A program made the translations under genes and the position numbers. Positions 28,323-32,000 of a stretch of 32,000 bases of DNA are shown here, in pieces (the stretch's first letter is position 1; every line of letters begins with the position of its first letter). The notes below the pieces were generated by a model. It saw only the letters and a list, made by a program, of their open reading frames with translations, had not been told where the DNA came from and searched no databases. This DNA is from an uncultured Nitrososphaeraceae archaeon (GTDB taxonomy: Archaea > Thermoproteota > Nitrososphaeria > Nitrososphaerales > Nitrososphaeraceae), in assembly GCA_963825865.1 (NCBI GenBank), contig CAWGVG010000011.1, positions 1 through 32,000 of the forward strand, in the 5' to 3' direction.

Positions 28323-29399
28323 TTATAATATTTCGTTTTTCCCATCTAGTTTGGCTACAACGTCTTTCTTTCCTCTCTTTTCATCAACTATTCCTATTTG
28401 ACTGCATCTCATCCTGTATTTCTCAAATATACTAATGGCTCTATCAACTGAATCTTTTGGAAGTATTACACAAAATCCTATTCCCATATTGAATGTTTTG
28501 TACATTTCCTTCGTTTCAATATGTCCATCTATCTGTATCTGTTTGAATATGCCATGTGCCACAGGCAAGTTGTCAAGGTTGTATCTTACATTCTTATTAA
28601 GACGTGGTAGTTTTGTAAAGGAGCCGCCAGTAATGTGAGCAAAACCATGAACTGAAATATGTTTTTGTTTCAATATTTCCATGACAGGTTTGACATATAT
28701 TCTGGTAGGAGTAAGCATTTCTTCACCTAGTGGGTGGATCAAATGATCAGGTGTATCATTAATAGAATATTTTGAGAGAAGAATTCTGCGAGCAAGCGTA
28801 TAACCGTTTGAATGCAAACCGCTGCTTTCTACTCCTAAAATTATGTCACCGGGTTTGATTTTATCACCCAATACCAACTTTGACTTATCAACAATCCCAA
28901 GAACCATACCTGCAAGGTCAAATGCATTTTTATCATCACCAGTAATGAGATCAGGTAAGATTGCAGTTTCTCCTCCAACTATTGCCATATTACATTGTCT
29001 TGCTCCTTTGACAAGACCCCTTGCCACATCTTGTAGAAGGATTTCATTTGTAGACTTTAATGCAATGTAATCCACAAATGCAAGTGGTTGGGCGCCAACA
29101 CAGATAACATCATTGACGTTCATTGCAATGCAGTCAATTCCAACATTATCAAAACGGTTCATCATTATGGCTATGATTACCTTTGTTCCAACTCCATCAG
29201 AGTGCAACGCAAGGACTTTGGAACCGATATCAATCAATCCTGCATAATGTCCAAAGCCTGAAATAACTTTTCCTATGGAAGGTAAGCAATGAGTAAGAGA
29301 AATTATACGACCAACCGATTTTTGGGCTTTACGGATCTTTTTGACATCTATGCCCGTTCTGCCGTAGGTCATTCTTTTTGATTTCAACGTGTTAATCAT
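28323..29399 (-). CDS. purM: Phosphoribosylformylglycinamidine cyclo-ligase (AIR synthetase) PurM
   Basis: 358 aa with ..GHYAGLIDIG..LALHSDGVGTKV..GIDCIAMNVNDVICVGAQPLAFVDYIA..IVGGETA..GLHSNGYTLAR... The true start may be the internal MTYGRTGIDV. Confidence 0.92.
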   Translation of the reverse strand: MINTLKSKRMTYGRTGIDVKKIRKAQKSVGRIISLTHCLPSIGKVISGFGHYAGLIDIGSKVLALHSDGVGTKVIIAIMMNRFDNVGIDCIAMNVNDVICVGAQPLAFVDYIALKSTNEILLQDVARGLVKGARQCNMAIVGGETAILPDLITGDDKNAFDLAGMVLGIVDKSKLVLGDKIKPGDIILGVESSGLHSNGYTLARRILLSKYSINDTPDHLIHPLGEEMLTPTRIYVKPVMEILKQKHISVHGFAHITGGSFTKLPRLNKNVRYNLDNLPVAHGIFKQIQIDGHIETKEMYKTFNMGIGFCVILPKDSVDRAISIFEKYRMRCSQIGIVDEKRGKKDVVAKLDGKNEIL

Positions 29400-29661
29400 A
29401 CATAAGAAGTACCTATTCTAATAAATGCCTATGATAATTCACGATATTGATAACAGAGACTTCTTTTTAATCAATCTAATTAGTTCTGTGAGAATCAGGA
29501 TTTGGATGGGATGGAAACATTCAAAATTTAGTAGCATTCAACGAAGTTTTTTTTTCAATTCCTTATCATAAAATTAGTCTCAATATTATATCTATTGAAA
29601 GATACTAACTTTACTATCAAGTTTAATTAAGGAATATAGAGAGGTCTGTTATACCTATTTG

Positions 29662-30690
29662 TTAAATGGAATGTTTCTCGATCCATCTATCAGTATAGCG
29701 TTTTTGGTTTTGTAATACTACTATTCTTGATATTTCACTTTCATCCATTATAGAAAATTTAGGCATTTTATTACATAAGTCTCTTGAAAAGGTCCGAATT
29801 TCATTCATTTCAACCATGTTATCTTTCATAAGACGTGCTGTTGACATTCCTATGTGCATATAAGATTTTAATTCAATGAAGTGTGAATTACCTTGAGACA
29901 TGATTTCAGCGAAATCATTGATAAACTCGGTATTTTCGTTATATCCTCTGATCATCGTCATTCTCAGAACAGTTCGTGTTTTTACAGTCGAAAGAAAATT
30001 TAGACTTTTCCACCACCTCTCCCATGCGTCTTTGTGCCGGGGTCGGTTAATACGATAAAACATCTTTCTATTGGATGCATTGGTAGATAGATATAGTTGA
30101 GTAGGTAACGCATTTTCGTCAGCCAATCGCTGGAGCATCTCCGGCTCTTGGCCATTTGTTACAAGGAATATAGATTTTGTCGCTTTCAAGGTTTTAAGAT
30201 AATTAATTAATTGTGGTAGTTTAGGATACATAGTTGGTTCTCCAGATAATGAAATTGCATAATGTGCAGGCAGCAGAGACTCGTCAAGCTTTTTCTTGTC
30301 GTTCTTTGCATTGCCATAGAAACCATTAATCAATTTCTTGCGCTCCGCTATTAAATGTTCAACAATAACATCAGGTTCATCAACCAATTCTGCAGGCATT
30401 TCTAATGTATCATAAAATTCAGTTGGTCGCCAACAGTAAACACATCTATTTTCACAATTCATAACAGTCGGAGTCATTTCCATACATCGATGGGTTGAAA
30501 TTCCGTAGAACTTGTGCTTATAGCAATTACCTTGACCCGCAAAAGACTTTTTTGTCCAATGACAAAGCTCAACAGCAGAATGATTATAGACTCCGTACTT
30601 TGCCTTTTGTAGTTTTGACTTTATTTGTGAGGTTATCTGGATAAGATTATCTTCTGTAGCATGGGAAATATATTCAGCAGAGCAACTCAT
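29662..30690 (-). CDS. taw1: Radical-SAM tRNA 4-demethylwyosine synthase (Taw1/TYW1 homologue)
   Basis: 342 aa with ..HSAVELCHWTKKS..CYKHKFYGISTHRCMEMTP...CENRCVYCWR (CxxxCxxC cluster) ..AISLSGEPTMYP... Confidence 0.85.
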   Translation of the reverse strand: MSCSAEYISHATEDNLIQITSQIKSKLQKAKYGVYNHSAVELCHWTKKSFAGQGNCYKHKFYGISTHRCMEMTPTVMNCENRCVYCWRPTEFYDTLEMPAELVDEPDVIVEHLIAERKKLINGFYGNAKNDKKKLDESLLPAHYAISLSGEPTMYPKLPQLINYLKTLKATKSIFLVTNGQEPEMLQRLADENALPTQLYLSTNASNRKMFYRINRPRHKDAWERWWKSLNFLSTVKTRTVLRMTMIRGYNENTEFINDFAEIMSQGNSHFIELKSYMHIGMSTARLMKDNMVEMNEIRTFSRDLCNKMPKFSIMDESEISRIVVLQNQKRYTDRWIEKHSI

Positions 30691-31179
30691 TTAAGTTATA
30701 CTATTATGAATTGAATTTAAAGTTTACAATAGAGCAATAGAACTTTCGAGCAAGCAAACTATAGGTGTCGGCTCTAAACGATATGGCTAGTTGGTTCGAT
30801 TTGGTCGTCGATTGTAACTAGCAATTATAACTTTAATTTGAAGGATATGTACTGTTCTAACACGCATAGGCAAAAGTTAAAGCTATTCCATAGTGGAAGC
30901 AAGTTTTATAAGTAATCAGGATATGTTATTAAAAGGAAATTCATAGCCCAATCTTGTCCTAATTGCTTTCTTATAATATCCATCATTTGTTTTCCTAGTA
31001 ACTAAGAAATCCTTACATAAGGAATTACTAACATTGTAAAACTATGTGAAGTGATGATACATATAATAATATTGTCCATAACATATTATAATATCATAAG
31101 AATATGTAGTGCATTATTACCATGCAGGCTCATGTGGTATCTACAATTATATACGGTCATTTCCGCAGAATGATTACGT

Positions 31180-31284
31180 GGCCTTCGTAGTATAGCCTGG
31201 TTAGTATAGGCGGCTGTGGGCATTTGCTCTAAACGAGCTATCGAAAGAAACCGCTTGAGGAGGGTTCAAATCCCTCCGAAGGCC
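31180..31284 (+). tRNA. tRNA-His (anticodon GUG) with a 30-nt canonical intron (31220-31249) and a genome-encoded G-1
   Basis: Manual fold: G-1 at 31180 opposite discriminator C; acceptor GCCTTCG/CGAAGGC; D arm GTAT-AGCCTGGTTA-GTAT; anticodon stem GGCGG/CCGCT with loop CTGTGG|intron|A; T arm GAGGG-TTCAAAT-CCCTC. A TATA-like ATTATATA lies about 30 nt upstream. Confidence 0.85.
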
Positions 31285-31536
31285 CTGTCTGAGTTGAACC
31301 TTTACTTCCTAATGCCATGACAGTAATTAGGCTATTTACGCAAAAATAACATTATCCAAAAGCGGTAATAATTAAAAGCTCTAATGCTTGGACGAAGTTC
31401 ATTACACAATATTAGCCTAAGTTTAAATTGATGGAATTTAGTCGATTTTTGTTTCTCATTATAAGCCTGATCAAGGTAATAATGGGATCCGATTACGGCC
31501 TAGGAGTTACAATATAAGAAGAGAAAGGTACTTTTA

Positions 31537-32000
31537 TTATAAATTTAACCAGATCTTTTCGGTTATATTGCTTCGAGAAATCGGTCCCATAACTTGCTGC
31601 CAGCCACTATTAAATCCAGGTTTGACTAGATCCATTTCATCATATGTATTTTCTCCATTTTCTGTATCCCACAAATTTTCGCTAATAGGATCAAAAGAAA
31701 TTCCAAAGCTATTTCTTATATCGTGTGCATAGTATCTGCTTAGTTTATTACTACTACTACCATTATTATTATTGTCATTATTTGAGAATGGGTTGCCAGA
31801 AGCATTCTCTGGGTTTATTCGTAATATGACACTCTAGCACGAGTTTGCTCCAGAAAAGGTAGGTTAGTAAATCTCACCCACCGTTCTGCCATAAATAAGT
31901 ATGTCACTACTCCTAATTAATAGGCGTTACCTTACTGATTCCCGAGTTTTAAAGGACTAACACTAGCACTGGATCTATCAAACTTAGCATTTATGCAGTT
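31537..32000 (-). pseudogene. PQQ-dependent sugar (glucose/sorbosone) dehydrogenase-family gene, truncated and carrying in-frame stops; runs off the window
   Basis: My minus-strand translation is ..YGRTVGEIY*PTFSGANSC*SVILRINPENASGNPFSNNDNNNNGSSSNKLSRYYAHDIRNSFGISFDPISENLWDTENGENTYDEMDLVKPGFNSGWQQVMGP..IWLNL*. The family hallmarks (ILRINP...NPF, G.RN.FG..FDP..G.LW..ENG...DE....G.N.GW) are present. In-frame TAA at 31864-31866 and TAG at 31834-31836. The C-terminal third is missing. Confidence 0.6.

Overview
This is an AT-rich archaeal chromosome segment (G+C judged by eye, not computed). I assign it to an ammonia-oxidising thaumarchaeon of the Nitrososphaerales (group I.1b) type. The low G+C is reminiscent of Ca. 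Nitrosocosmicus, but that is a guess. The centrepiece is a complete ammonia monooxygenase locus at about 16.7-19.5 kb. It has amoA-amoX-amoC on the minus strand, amoB diverging on the plus strand, and two small orphan membrane-protein genes just beyond amoB.

The rest is mostly housekeeping:
- pdxS/pdxT and a two-subunit 2-oxoacid:ferredoxin oxidoreductase.
- serS, a Pcc1-like gene, a RecJ/Cdc45(GAN)-like DHH phosphoesterase and ribosomal protein uS15.
- SRP19, Gar1, TFB, purM and taw1.
- Three tRNA genes: Thr-GGU; Leu-UAA with two introns; and His-GUG with one intron and an encoded G-1.

The left third is accessory-like:
- a heavily frameshifted malic enzyme gene;
- a 2.8 kb gene-poor decayed stretch with a DDE transposase relic;
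- two tandem paralogous soluble histidine kinases with repeated sensor modules;
- a ChrB-like gene;
- a cluster of small zinc-binding or regulator-like orphan genes next to the tRNA-Thr/tRNA-Leu pair.

A pervasive feature is single-base frame disruption in otherwise well-conserved genes: malic enzyme, both kinases, the ChrB-like gene, both OFOR subunits, amoA and TFB. Other long genes are intact. I cannot tell assembly indels from real decay using sequence alone. No CRISPR array, rRNA gene or convincing C/D-box sRNA was seen.
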